Shown here: positions 25,741-38,734 of the stretch, in pieces | Numbering within the stretch: position 1 is the stretch's first letter | Layout: each line of letters opens with the position of its first letter | NCBI GenBank assembly: GCA_051362555.1 | Contig: CM120644.1 | Location: forward strand, 13,476,567 to 13,540,566 | DNA: 64,000 nucleotides | Direction of reading: 5' to 3' | Source of the DNA: Lingula anatina | Taxonomy: Eukaryota > Animalia > Brachiopoda | Position numbers and translations under genes: made by a program | The notes under the pieces: generated by a model | The model's input: only the letters and a program-made list of their open reading frames with translations | Told to the model about the DNA's origin: nothing | Databases searched by the model: none

Positions 25741-28637
25741 TTTTTAAGGTATGGGCAGATGATGACGTCGGGTTGGTAAATTGTAGAATATAGTATAGTA
25801 TTTATTTATTAACGTGACGTGATATAGTTTTACAAATCACCCTACCCCATGGGCCTACAAGTCACCGAAGTTTCTGCATATATCAGAAACAAAAACAAAA
25901 CAAAAAAATATGATTAAGGTTGAAAGTTATAACTAAGCAAATAGTATAGTTAATGGTAGACTCAACTCTTGAGTATAATAAGAAAAAAATATGAACATTT
26001 TTGTCAAAACGACTTGCTCATAGTGTAGTTGGATAAGTCGTATTTTACACACAGTTCGCTGAAAATACGTGTAGAACGTGCACCTTGTCACTACGTGTGA
26101 ACACATGTATCTTGGCATTTTTTTCGTTTCAAATGTGCGCATAAAATATAGCACAGGTACTGAGCTTACCTGTAGTTATTCCCGGAAATTAGTGTGCATC
26201 GAAAGATTGAAGACAGTGAATTACCCATACAATCGGATCCTATTACGGCCTTCAGTATATTAGGTATATAGAGTACTCATACTTGGAGTAACTGTTTGTT
26301 AATGGCATATCCCTGCGGTGAGCCTCGGTTAATACTGTTTATTAAAACCACATCGAAGGACCGTCACCCTCTCTGTGCGTGTACATTTACGTCACTACAT
26401 TGTACTGATAAAAGTATGCATTTTATTCATTTTTATCATCCAGGTGATTACCCATGTCCTGCCGTTCGTTAGTGGAAGCGCCATGGAAAATGCAGTAACA
26501 CTTTACCAACCCGACGTCATCATCTGCCCATACCTTACAAAATACATCCCAGAAACAATTTGGCAGACGACCAAGCGGCCATGTTTAGTTTTTCATCCGG
26601 GTATTGCAGGTGACCGCGGACCTAATTCCATTGATTGGGCCATACGGCAAGACAAGAAGGAATGGGGTGCGACGCTGCTGCAAGCTAGCCCGGTTATGGA
26701 CGGAGGCGACATCTGGAGTACGGGGACATTCCCATTAAAAGAAAACGCCACGAAAACAGGCGTGTACGGTGGGGAAATCAGTGACTTGGCCGCCGAGCTG
26801 GTCGTTGACGGGCTTACGAGGTATTTCAGTCCAATGTGACTGCCCTTCATTTCAGTGATCAATTAATAAATTAATCAATTAATTTTAAATATTCTTTGCT
26901 GTCTTTGCCATTGGGGTTTTGTAGCTTCTTTTTATTATTTTTCTTTGTATACTGTTATATAATGCGGCGACACGCTGAGTTTTAATCTCGATTTACTCCA
27001 TTCCATCTTATTCCTAATTAAGGTATCGACTTGGAGTGATTCCAACGCCACTTGATTACAATCGACCAGAAATAAAAGGCTGTCCGTTACCCCCAATGAA
27101 AAAGTCCGACAGGGAGATTGACTTGTCTGCCTCAGCTGATGATATATGCCGAATCATTCGAAGTTCCGACACACATCCAGGCGCCCTTGCAAATATCACA
27201 TTCCGCGACAACAATACAGAACTAACCGAAACTTATAGGGTATACGGTGCCCACATAGAGCAAGACCGTAGTGGAGCTTTGGAACAAAGGTTGAATGCCC
27301 ACAAACCTGGTTCTGTAATTGGAAAGAAGCAGGGGGCACTTTTGGTAAAAAGCGGAGACAAGCTGGGAGTTTGGATAACTTGTTTGAAGGTGAGAGTGTT
27401 TTATTTTCCAAGCGGTGAAGTGTACAGGTCTGCAGTAATGACACATTCATATTTTACTTGCTAATCCACGATACTGAATAGCAGAAAATTAAAAAAATAA
27501 ACCCACCTGTTACCACCAGGTGTCACTCCTGAAAGTCTGTTGATCACGGCGGCGCTTTACAGTAGTTTCTACAATAAGAATGCTTTCGTGGATCTCAGAT
27601 TGATGTTCACTCTGTCTCTTATGGAGAGAGACACTTTTTTGCTTTAAAAATTGGAGGGGGTCGTTTGATTGGAGTTTCTCTTATATCAAACTGGTAACTA
27701 GTAGTTTTTGAATAGATTTCTAATTTGCTTTAAAGGACAAAAAGAAGTTGTCCCTCAAGCTTCCAGCAGTGTCTGCAATTTCACCAACTCTGGCCTTGGG
27801 AATTGCGGATTTGAGCAATTTGTCTTCATATAATCAAGTCTGGGTGAGTCAATCCGGACAAGCGTGCTACATTCACTTTGATTTTTACAATGGTGCTATG
27901 GACAGCAACCAGGCAGATCATTTGACAGAGGTTCTTCGTCAAGTTGCCAAGATGAGCCACATCCGAGTTGTTGTGTTGATGGGCGGAGAGCGTTTCTTTT
28001 CGACAGGTGAAATCTTGATTTACACAGATGTTCAGACAATTCTGGCTGAGATTTGTTCACAGTACTGACTGTGTTTTATATTTATTTATTCGGTTCTTTC
28101 ATATATAATTAATACTGTGGCAATTTGTTTTAGAATAGGCAATCAAATCACTATGTAACACATAAAAATAGATGTTTTAATTTATTTTTGAAAGCAACGG
28201 TAATTTATCATTAAGTCTACAAAAGATATAAATAACCCTTTGCAATAGCGATTGGGTCATTAAAAATGTTTTGGTCACGCTCTGTCACAATTATAAAATT
28301 ATAAACAAATGAAGTGAACTGATCAGAAATGTACTTAAACTGACATGAAAGAAAAATGAGAAATGAAGATAATAATATTGTATTTTCGTAAAATCAGGAA
28401 TCAATCTCTGCCGAATAGAAGCTAGCAGTGACCCAGTATTGGAAGCTTGGAAGAATATAAACAAAATCGATGACGTCATACTGGAAATGAGCAAGATGAC
28501 CGATAAGTTGGTGGTTGCTGCTCTTCAGGGGAACGCTGGGGCCGGGGGAGCGATGCTTGCGGCAGCGACCGACGTTGTCGTGGCACATCCGGTATGTATT
28601 ATGTCATTGCCTTAAGATGTGGTTTTAGATTTGAGCG

Positions 28638-28684
<47 letters not shown>

Positions 28685-30061
28685 TTTCCATTTATCTGTT
28701 AATGAGTTTTATGTTTTTTTTTCATTGTTAGCTTGTTTATATATTTTCATTTATTCATTTATATATTTTTTAGTTTTTGTTTGCTTCATTATATCTTATC
28801 ATTATATTTGTTAATCTTGGTACTAGAATCAAGTATTTCGCTTTCATTTTAATCAAAAAGTTTGTATTAAAACGATCTTTCCAATGTTGAACTGACCCTA
28901 ATACAGTATATGAGAACGATTACGCCATAATCACAGTACGGGGAATGCATCGCAGATGTGCCCATACAGTATCTTGATGGCGTAAGTGATAACGCCTGGC
29001 TGGCATATACTGTATCTCACACCTTTCTGCAAAATGACCTTGTTTATATTATTATTATCTTTTTTATATTCAGGGTGTATTTCTGGGCCCTTCTTATCAG
29101 AACATGAACTTGTATGGCTCGGAATACTGGACGTACTTCTTCCCGAAGAGGGTTGGTAAAGAAAAGACAGATGAAATAATGTATTCTAACCCTGGGCCTA
29201 TCCTTGCTGAGCATGCGCAAGAGTTGGGCATTGTGGACCACGTGATTGGAAAGTTAGTCAAATTACACGTGATTGGTAACAACAACGCGCATGTGCATTC
29301 AATGTGTAGACCCGTTCAGCGGCCCTCTCTTTTCTGCCACGGTACTCTCTTTTTTTCCCCATAAATATAGTTTGTATAAAGAACTAAAAGGGACAAAATC
29401 AAATATTTTCCAGTCTGTTTCTATTTATTTACCAGGCGTGGCAAAACATTTTACTCTTATTCTCACCCGTCCCTTGAACAAAATTCTGAATCCATCAGTT
29501 CATATGCGTACCGACGCTACCATAGTTGGCTTTCCTTTCTAAATGTCTCTTATCACAAATGGAATCCAATTAAGTATGATATTACGCAATGTTGTAACAG
29601 TATTACATGCACAATGTGTTCCGTGATACGAGGAAACGTTTAAAAAAGTAAATTGGACTTTTCGTGAATCATTTTGTTAAATGCTAGTGTGCTTGTATAT
29701 AAACGTGTACAGTAGGCCTACTTACCGGTAAATGAAGCACATGCACTGTATACAGGTATTATGTGCGTGGCTCCATGTATTAATCGACGAAAATTGCATT
29801 CTACTTTCATTTTGCAGAAACAAGATGGACTTTTATAAAAAGCTCCCGATCTTCATCAACGATTTAGCCACGGACAAAGCTACGGGAGAAATCATCACGG
29901 TCAAAAAACGCACACGTAACGAAGAGTGGTTCCGAGTTCTTTCTTTCCACCGACACAGAGAGCTTCAGCTGATGTGGGAGTGTTTTAATTCGTCTTTCTT
30001 CCACAGGGAGAGAAAAAAGTTTGTATACAAACTTACTGACAAGGAATACGACGAATTATAG
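22373..30061 (+). CDS. hypX: HypX/HoxX-like protein (N10-formyl-THF formyltransferase domain plus enoyl-CoA hydratase/crotonase domain), 7 exons, 588 aa
   Basis: Exons 22373-22507, 26444-26820, 27023-27389, 27736-28006, 28398-28591, 29074-29252, 29818-30061 join through GT-AG sites in compatible phases (0,2,0,1,0,2) to give 1767 nt without internal stop. Motifs: LRVLLVSNSVNSLTNR, QPDVIICPYL, FHPGIAGDRGPNSIDWAI, WGATLLQA..MDGGDIW, KLPA, FDFYNGAM, FSTGINL, AALQGNAGAGGAML, PSYQNMNLYGSEYWTYFFPKRVG, FHRERKKFVYK. TATAAA at 22326-22331. Confidence 0.92.
23040..23900 (-). mobile_element. Degenerate Tc1/mariner transposase relic in hypX intron 1 (boundaries approximate)
   Basis: Broken minus-strand frames give FENASPLRPLVCVDYLQ...LPQPSRSPDLN (cf. 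Tc1 QDNAxPH...WPxxSPDLNPIE) and VKYRNILE (cf. YxxILE). Confidence 0.65.
24646..24890 (+). mobile_element. 5'-truncated RTE-clade LINE 3' end with (TAG)n tail, in hypX intron 1
   Basis: Translates to TTKVAMHRTPEGHRKKGRPYITWRRTVEVELRQLGESWGTIQHLA, then after a frameshift RDREQWKCFVGAL, typical of the RTE ORF C-terminus, followed directly by a (tag)n microsatellite. Confidence 0.8.
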
Positions 30062-30681
30062 ATGAAACCACTTTTAACCAGGGAGATCCATTTCAGCGAC
30101 AATGAAACATTTGTTCACTCGTACAATCGGACGGTGATTGGTTCAGCGGAGAAAGGGCAATCTCTTTCAAATAGAACAGTGCAGTGATTTTATTGTGATC
30201 TATACGAGCGAGACAGAGCGTTTAGGTTTGGGTCTGCTATGGTAATAGGCATAGTAAATTTTATTTAAAAAAAGGCTAAAATGTCAAGTGGTGACCATTG
30301 CCATGCCAACAACAAAAGCTGACAGCGGAAGTAATTTTCCTTCACTTCTTTGAAATTGTAAACTTTTTTTTTTCATTTTTATTTTTATATATTGTATATT
30401 GTTAAACGGTGAATCAGTAGCTAATGAAGAACATTTGAAAGGAGAGGAAACTATGATAGCACATATATTTGGAGAGGTTTTGCAAACGTTCTTGGTACCA
30501 GTATGTACAGTTGGTTTGTGATACTGAACAATTTTCTTGCACTAGATTTTTCTTCCTTGCATATGATATGGCAGTCCTCAAAATATGTTTACCGGTACCT
30601 TGTACAGTTCAATAATTGACATGGCTTAAAGCATGTCTGTGTTCATCTTGATGTGTCCATACATTATTGCTGCATCTATGT

Positions 30682-33600
30682 TCACGAGACCGTAACATTC
30701 CCGGCAAAGGGCATTGTGGCATCTGATGGTTTAAACTGGATCATCAGAAAGAAATACGTCAGGAACATGCCGATTATCTGAAATAAATAGCTGTTTATTT
30801 AGATGTTATTTTTTCATGTAAATTATTGCTTCATCTCGCCCTTGTATTGTGAAAAACATCAATAACATTGGCTAAAGGGCATTGACAGTGACGTTAACAC
30901 CGCACATCTTTTACGATGGGAGGAGTGATGGCAAAGTCTCGGGGTGGGCTATTCTAGAACGTGAAGCTTATGTATATAATTACATTAGGGTGTTTTTCTA
31001 GAGTCGGTTAAATATCTTCTTGTTACCAAAGCAAAACACAACCAGACTATAAACTAAATGGTAAAAATGCATAAAAATAAAATTCTGACTTTCTCAAAAT
31101 AAAGGGCGTTGTGGTCGTTAACCAAATTTATCATTTTTACCAACTTTATGTTTACCTTTACAACAGTTATGAATATTGTATTTATAACAAAACTGTATAA
31201 ACATGTACACCGTTGTCTAAGGCTACAACTTAATGTTTTGTTAACTTTAACAAAGATATGTATTTTATTATACGTATTTTTCGCATATAAAGGACCGGAA
31301 GCCTAAAATAATACGGAATATACCACCTCAAATTTGTACTGACCGTCAAAATAGTAGGTTTGTCTATGGTAAACATCCCCAATGCACTAAATCCTATAGG
31401 ATTGACACTTAGCTTGTTCAGGAACATCTGAAACTATATCATTTGCTATCGTAAAATGGTGTAGTGTTAAACCTGTATTATTTTGTAAAATGAATCTTAA
31501 TAATAGTACAGAAATTGTCAATTAGGAATTGTAGTTTATGAGAGTAAATTTTTCACCTCCTAAACTAACATGACAGATAGGTATACCTAAACAAAGCTTT
31601 CGGTCACTCCAGGTCCTTTCTTTGTGTATGTGTGTTACTATGATCGAGAGGGACCCATTCACTAATGTCTCAGTAATAGTGCTGTCCTATATGTGCGGCA
31701 ATTTGTGTCTCTGCGTATCGGTGCAGGCTCGGGTTGTGGGCAAGGATGTGCCTGTAACCTTAACCCTTCTCTCCGAGACTGGGGAGAGAGAGAGAGAGAG
31801 TGAGAGAGAGAGAGAGAGAAACATTAATTGTCGCACTTTACTGAGACATCTGTGAATCGGCTCATTCGCACAGTAACACAAACAGAGGAAGGAATGCTTT
31901 GGCATAGCTATAGTTTCAGTGTCGAAAGAGTTTAATCTTATAAGTTATCAACAGACTTAACAGATTAATTTCTATCAGAGTGTGAATTACAGCTAGGCTT
32001 TTTAATCTGTTCTCACTACCGTGATCGTGTCTACGGACACGGTTACTCTTCACCGTGACCAAGCCTACCGCCTACTTTTTGAACAATGGAAGTACATGTA
32101 TAGCACTAGGAATCAGTTGCATTTTTGCACTAATGTAGTTAATCACTTTTAACTGTTATTAACGAATCTTGATTTTCATAATTAACTTTCCCAATTATAT
32201 TTATAATTGTTCCGTTCTCTTAATCCAAATCCCAATTTATTCATATTGTTTTTTTGTGAAAATTCGAGCTTTCGTCACAAACTGGCCTTTCCAAAGAACT
32301 GAGACAAGTGCCAGAGCTAGACCAAAACGTTATATCTCAATTAGCTTTCAGCTAACGTTAAAAGCATTGTTAACGTCAATTGATCTAAGTAACCAATTTG
32401 CTATGGACTTTCCTGTATTACTAATGGACGTTTTTTTTTCTTGATGCATTAATCAATTAGACAAAGTAGCATGTTGCAAATACTGTTTTATCAGCACACG
32501 AAGAAAATCAATAGGCATCGTCTGTTGATGGTTTTACCCTTTGTTGGATGTTTGTTACAAGTATCTCATTTTAGAAGAAGGAGGACGACAATGAAATGTA
32601 ATTAGCGGTTTTCACAGCTATGACGCCAACCGTACTCTATAATTAATGCATCCATGACAAATTTCCCATATTTGTTGAACATTTGTTTTATTCTTACCGG
32701 AATCAACTGGTTATCGGGTATGGTGTCCAACTGAGCCTCGTTGAGCTCCAAGAGTGGGGAATGTGCCTAAAATTTATCACAAACACATTTTGTTATGATA
32801 AAACGTTTGCTCTACAAATTATATGTAGTGAGAGAGAGAGAGAGGGAGAGACAGAGAGGGAGAGAGAAAGAGACGTACTAACCTGATCATTAACTATTGC
32901 ACCAACTAAAACGATGCCCAGCATTACGATGCCCTGTACTGTCCAAGTTATCATGGACATAATGTCCAGGGGTGTACCAGCCACCTCGTCCAAATGATAA
33001 ATCAACATATAGCATATGAGGCAACAAAATATTGTGTTAAAAACCAAAGTGTAGGCCACGAAGAAACTGAACATTCCATCGGCAATGTCGACCAATTTAC
33101 AGAGTCTCAGGTGACGGCGTCGGTGGAACTCCACTTGGAAGGGCTCACCGGTAACAAGGGTTTGGTGAACGGCCTCTTTGAATTCATTGTTGAATGCCTT
33201 AAGCATGGAGTAAAACAGACAGCAGAAGAATGTATAAATTGCGTATGTCACAAAAACAGCCAGGCTCGTGTAAAATGCACTAAATGCCACAAATACATTC
33301 AGCAGTGTTACCTCGATGCTGGGAACTGTCAAATCCACGAAGTAATGAAAGGGAGAATAAAGAAATGCAGGCATTAAGGCGTTTGACATCAAGTAAACCA
33401 CAGATATAAAGTTAAAGCCATTATAAATAACCACAATTGCCACTGCAATTTTAGTTCGCAGATCGAGCTTTATTGCGTCCATAACGCTAGGCAGATCTGT
33501 TTCCAACTGGGCGCATTCCCTCCAGATCGCTGGCAATTTATACTGACACGCATAGTAACAGAACGTAGCTTGGAAAGCGCAACGCATGTACCAAAAGGTG

Positions 33601-33989
33601 TACATAATTTTATAGTACAGTACTGGGTTTGCTACACTATCATTGCCATCGAACGCAACCAGTCCACGTCCTATGAAATTTACCCACATGTAGGACACGG
33701 CAATAATACTGTAAACTTGCAAAAATGACACATTCCTCTTTCTACGTCCCTTTCCTAGCGCCGATATGTCGTGGATTTTGGCGCCACTTTTTTTCTCGTG
33801 GTAAAGTCCGAATAGTTTCATAACAACGCGTAACGGTTTAAAACTTCTAAAAACCTTGGATTTTTCTACAGACAACACTTCGCCATTTTGCCTACTCGGA
33901 ACAGTCTCAGAAACACCTCCTTTAGCGTTTTGTTTCCCAACTATTTCAAATCCATCAAGGTTTGCAATTGTGACTTTAACGTCAGCCAT
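30682..33989 (-). CDS. Gustatory receptor-like 7TM chemoreceptor, copy 3 (GRL3), 453 aa
   Basis: Exons 33989-32883, 32766-32698, 31433-31344, 30777-30682 (IIGMFLTYFFLMIQFKPSDATMPFAGNVTVS*); phase-0 introns; intron 1 is only 116 bp. Confidence 0.92.
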
Positions 33990-36900
33990 TTTTCAAACTG
34001 TGTGTCAATTTGAATACACAGTTAGGCGTGAGCTTCTGTACTTATATGAGCGTTATATCGATTGATTATTGTTGACCCATTAGTACGCACTTTTTACTGG
34101 GGAAAATCGGTACGTTTGTTTTTTTATTTACAAATTCTTCGATCCCCAAGTACAATTCAATTATCACGTTCATATATGCGGTATCTTTCAGATTAAACAC
34201 ACATACTTATTTTTCATAGTTCTCATTATAAACTTTGTAAGCCGTGCATTTTAAAACATTATTTAATAAAGATAGTCGGTGAAGTACAGCTGTATTGATC
34301 GCACGTAATTTCCAAGCACTTAATTTTCATTTGTAAAAAAAAAATGAATTTGAGAATGGCAGAGAAATAAAATGGGTTAAAACAACTGTTCATTTTGCCC
34401 AAAAATGGAATTTCCTGGGGTAAGCGACTATTTTCCGATATTTAAAATGCGTATTAATGAATATGTTCCGGCAACCACAGATAGTCCATGTATTTTTTAA
34501 CTCTGGTTTTTTGTAATAATTCCTTAAATGATTATTACAGAGGGTGGCCATATGCCTGTATGATGCTCCACGTGGCCAGATGGCAAGCAAAGATTGCAGA
34601 ATGATCGCAATAACTGCCGTATTGGTGGTACAAGAGAATTACATTCCTTCGAGCTGTTTACAATGTATTTATTGAAAAATATGAATCTCATACGAACTAT
34701 TTTTATCCTTTTAAATGCATGAATGTGCTGAATTTGTGTAACTTAATAAGAAATGTCACCGTAGCATTAGTATAGATGCACATTTAAATTAAACCATATT
34801 TAGTTGTATATTTGAATAATTACCTTGGGGCCATTTATGCACGAGATTTTCAGTAATCGTCATGGTATATCACTTCTTCTTACCACACAGGGCGCCAAAA
34901 ACCGTACAATACGGCAATTATCCATGCACAAAGCACCAATTAGTTATTAAACAGTTCTAAGACATTTATCATTCGATTTTTGTCTAATGGCACAGGCGAC
35001 GAAACCGAATTCAAAAAGTTTCCGTTTTCTTCGGTGGATATGGTCAAATATCCTACCACTAATAGGTATCGATTGTGCATACGTGTCCACTTATTACCTT
35101 TTGATGTCAGACTTTTACTTTAAGCTTCTGGGTGTGGAGACGAAGAGGGGCCCTCCATTCACGGCGAAGTTCCGTTCCTGCAGAATTGCCAACTAAACGC
35201 CTTGTTTAATGGAGCCTTTGATTACATCATTGATTACATTTAGCCCACCACGTTTTCTGGGCGTGATTTACTTTGACCTCAAATTTCTAGTATGGGTGGT
35301 GGTCTAAAAGTAAAAAAAAACTATAATTATATTAATGATTTGCGGCCAAAAACTGTTACATTACAAATAGAATTCTAGAATAAAAATAAATTAATGCAAT
35401 ATTAAAACTACAACAAATTAAATTGGCGTCTATGCGTTTAAACAGATTAAATTGATATTATACGTTCATCAAGGATATGAAAAAGGGGCACAGAGTTATA
35501 ATGTACTTCAGCTTATGCACAGCTGATGTTTTTTTTTTAATATTGACATTTTATGGCAATATTTCAAATCAGTTAATCACTGTGAAATGCTTTCTTAGAA
35601 GTCAATTACGCAGGGGTTTAACAAGAAAAAGCGCTTATATGATCCTTTATTTCTAAATAACATGCAAATATAATATTGATTGGTTAAAAATCAAAATCAC
35701 AGATTTTTATTCAAAAGCAATCCATTTGGTTTTATCGCATAAAAATAACTATTGTAACTAAATTCGAAAGATATATCATAACCAGTGTTCACCTTATATC
35801 TTAACAATAACCTTCTCCATATATTTAAAAAAAATTCTCTATTGGTTCACAATACATAGTTGTACAGTACATATTTACATTGGTAGAAAATTGTAATATG
35901 CATCAAAATCATTAAAACCCTTTCAAGTATTGCTTGCACGTATACGATGTACATAAAATTAGTTTGATGTAAATTTATTTTCATTATATGCGATTAAATA
36001 GTTTAAATATTTCTAAATATGTTTAATTACTACGAAGTGCCAAGGTTTTTAAAAAATATTTTTGAATATAATAATTGTTAAACAATAATTTCCAATCACA
36101 TGCACCATAAATAAAATGCAAATTAATCAGGAAAACCAATCGAACGTAATTTTTACTTCACGTCGACCACATGTGACGTTATAAATAAAGGTCGCGTAAA
36201 TCGCGTATTGACTTGGCCGGATTGACGTCGATTATACATGAAATTTAGGTTGATCAGAGCCATGACCTAATTTCGCCGTCGTTTCTAAGACTCCGTGCCA
36301 GTTGTGCTCAGTCATATTGTAGGTCGCTATCTAAACTCACTTGGTCATGTGTGCCTAAGCAAAACGTATTACAAATATTTGTGTTATAATTTAGCCTCAT
36401 ATATTTCAGATATCCGATTCCTTCTAATGGTTGAAAAAATGCCACTATAAATAAAAATATAATACCAAACAGGGTTATCACATATATAAGAAAGAGACAG
36501 AATATAGTTTATCTTTTGTCTCTCGGCATGGTTCATTAAACGCAACCTTAATATTCCTCTACATAAGATAGATCGCAGAGCAAATCATAAGTAAAACTAA
36601 TACTAAATTTGTGTGGTGGCCTTATAAACCACAGCAAGCAAAATATTTGATTCAGCACCCTGAATAAAGAGAAGCAAGCCTTGATGATATGATAAAAAAT
36701 AATGAAATAAAAAACAATATGGTTAAAATAACATGATAAAAATATGTGGTTAACAGCTAATGTGTTAAATTTGTGATTATTTCTTATAACTATTACACGG
36801 TTTATGTTACAAACTGCACATTTTCTGTCTCTCTGTCTCAGATTTAGAAATAACATTAACTGTAATCGGTTTATAATTTTCAAGATAACAAAAAATATTT

Positions 36901-37584
36901 TATTAAAACACAAAACGGTTTTATATATACAGCGTTTTACCACATTAAAACAATTATTTAATCCGTTGCAATTTTTGTGAGTGCGTCATAGATTGAAACC
37001 TTTTTGAAAAACGTCAACTATAAGAGCAATGAAACAAAGGCTTGTCAACATACATTTTTTGCATTTGCTTTTTCTTTTTCATAAGGTTGACAAAACTGAC
37101 GACCATGTACTTGAAACGGTTTGCCCAAACAGTCTAGTTACGTAATGCACTTTCTAGCTTTAACATCCTTCCGGTAGTCCATGCACCGGAAAAGCATGTT
37201 AAGCGAGTAAATATTTGAACAGGAGTTGCCAAAATGCTAGTTCGATAAAAAGGATATCATTTGTTAGGCTTTTAACGATAAAGAGCCTTTTACATTTTGA
37301 AAAGGGAAGCCATGTTAACTTAACGCGATGAATGAAGTTGATTTCCAATGCAAACAGCATACTTTGCAAACTGATGGATTTGCAGAAAACACACAGCCAA
37401 AGAAAAACGTCGATTGAGTTTTAAAATATTTCCTCTTACCAGAAAAAAAAAGCGATTCCGATTAAGACACGCATGTTGAAATGACGACCAAAAGTACAAA
37501 AAAATGTAATGTCAAAGAGATCGAGTGACACAAATTAATTGTGTGATACAGTTTCGCTCATTCGAAGAACAGTCAAATAGATTG

Positions 37585-37621
<37 letters not shown>

Positions 37622-37624
37622 AAC

Positions 37625-38734
37625 CTGCTCGTTAACTACTGCTCCAGCGGAAATAATGCCCAGTTGCACGACGGACTGAACTGCCCAAGTCATCGTGGCC
37701 ATTATGTCAATTGGGGAATCGGTCGCCGTGTCAAAATGATAAATCAACAGGTAACATACGAGGCAACAAAGGCCTGTATTCAAAACTAAAACGTAGGCCA
37801 CAAAGAAGCTGAACATTCCACCAGCAATGTCGAACAATTTACAAAGTTTCAGATGACGGCGTCGGTGGAACTCCACGCGGAGGGGCTCGCCTGTGTCAAG
37901 GGCTTGTTTAACTTCCTTTTTAAACTCATCGTTGAATGCCTTAAACATGGTATAAAACAGAATGCAAAAGAATGTGTAAATAGCATATGGGAGTAAAGCA
38001 GCAAGAGTCACGTAAAAACCACTCATTGCGGAATATACTATCAGTACTGTCACCTCGACGCTGGGGATTTTGAAATCCACGTAGTAATGAAAGGGAGAAT
38101 AAAAAAAGACTGGTATTAAGCCACTTGACATTACGTACACGCCGTATGCAATGTAAAAAACGGCATAAACTATGACAAGTACGACCGCAATTTTGGTTCT
38201 TAGTTCGAGCTTTATTGCCTCCATGACGCTAGGCAGATCAGATTCTAACCGTGCGCATTCCCTCCAAAAAGACGGCAATCTATAGCGACACGCACAGAAG
38301 CAGAATGTAGCTTGAAGAACTGCAGTCATGTCCCAAACCGCAAACATGATTTTATAGTACAGTGCTGGGTTTGCTACACTCTCGTTGCCATCAAATGCCA
38401 CCAATCCATGTACTATGAAATGTACCCAAATATAAAACACGGCAAAAAAACTGTAAACTTCCAGAAATGACACATTCCTCTTCCTTTGCTCCTTCCCCTT
38501 CATCGTGGTGTCGTGAATTTTGTAAGCGGCACCCTTTCTGTCGTGGTAAAGCCCGAATATTGCCATGACAACTCTTATTGGTTTAAAGCTTCTGTAAACC
38601 TTCGAATCTTCTATGGCCACTGCTTCGCCATTTTGTCTCTTTGATAAAGTCTCAGATACGCCCTTGGTATCATGTTGTTTTCCAACCAATTCAAATCTAT
38701 CAAGGTCTATCACTGTGACTCGACCCTCAGCCAT
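37625..38734 (-). CDS. GRL4: intact long first exon (370 codons, about TM1-TM6) with no exons 2-4 of its own; alternative first exon or truncated pseudogene
   Basis: Open frame MAEGRVTV...GAVVNEQ ending at a phase-0 GTTAGT donor, with TATA box. Only a relic of the exon-2 acceptor (TAG|GCACACATGACCAAGTGA = AHMTK*, starting 36354) is seen; no exon-3 or exon-4 homologue found in 34000-37600. Confidence 0.8.

Noticed and set aside
30041-30061. C-terminal YDEL of the HypX-like protein as an ER-retention signal
   Set aside because: No N-terminal signal peptide, so ER lumen entry is unsupported.
22373-30061. Bacterial contamination or chimeric assembly as the source of hypX
   Set aside because: Six phase-consistent spliceosomal introns containing animal-type Tc1 and RTE relics and microsatellites; composition continuous with the flanks; no neighbouring hyp or hox operon genes.
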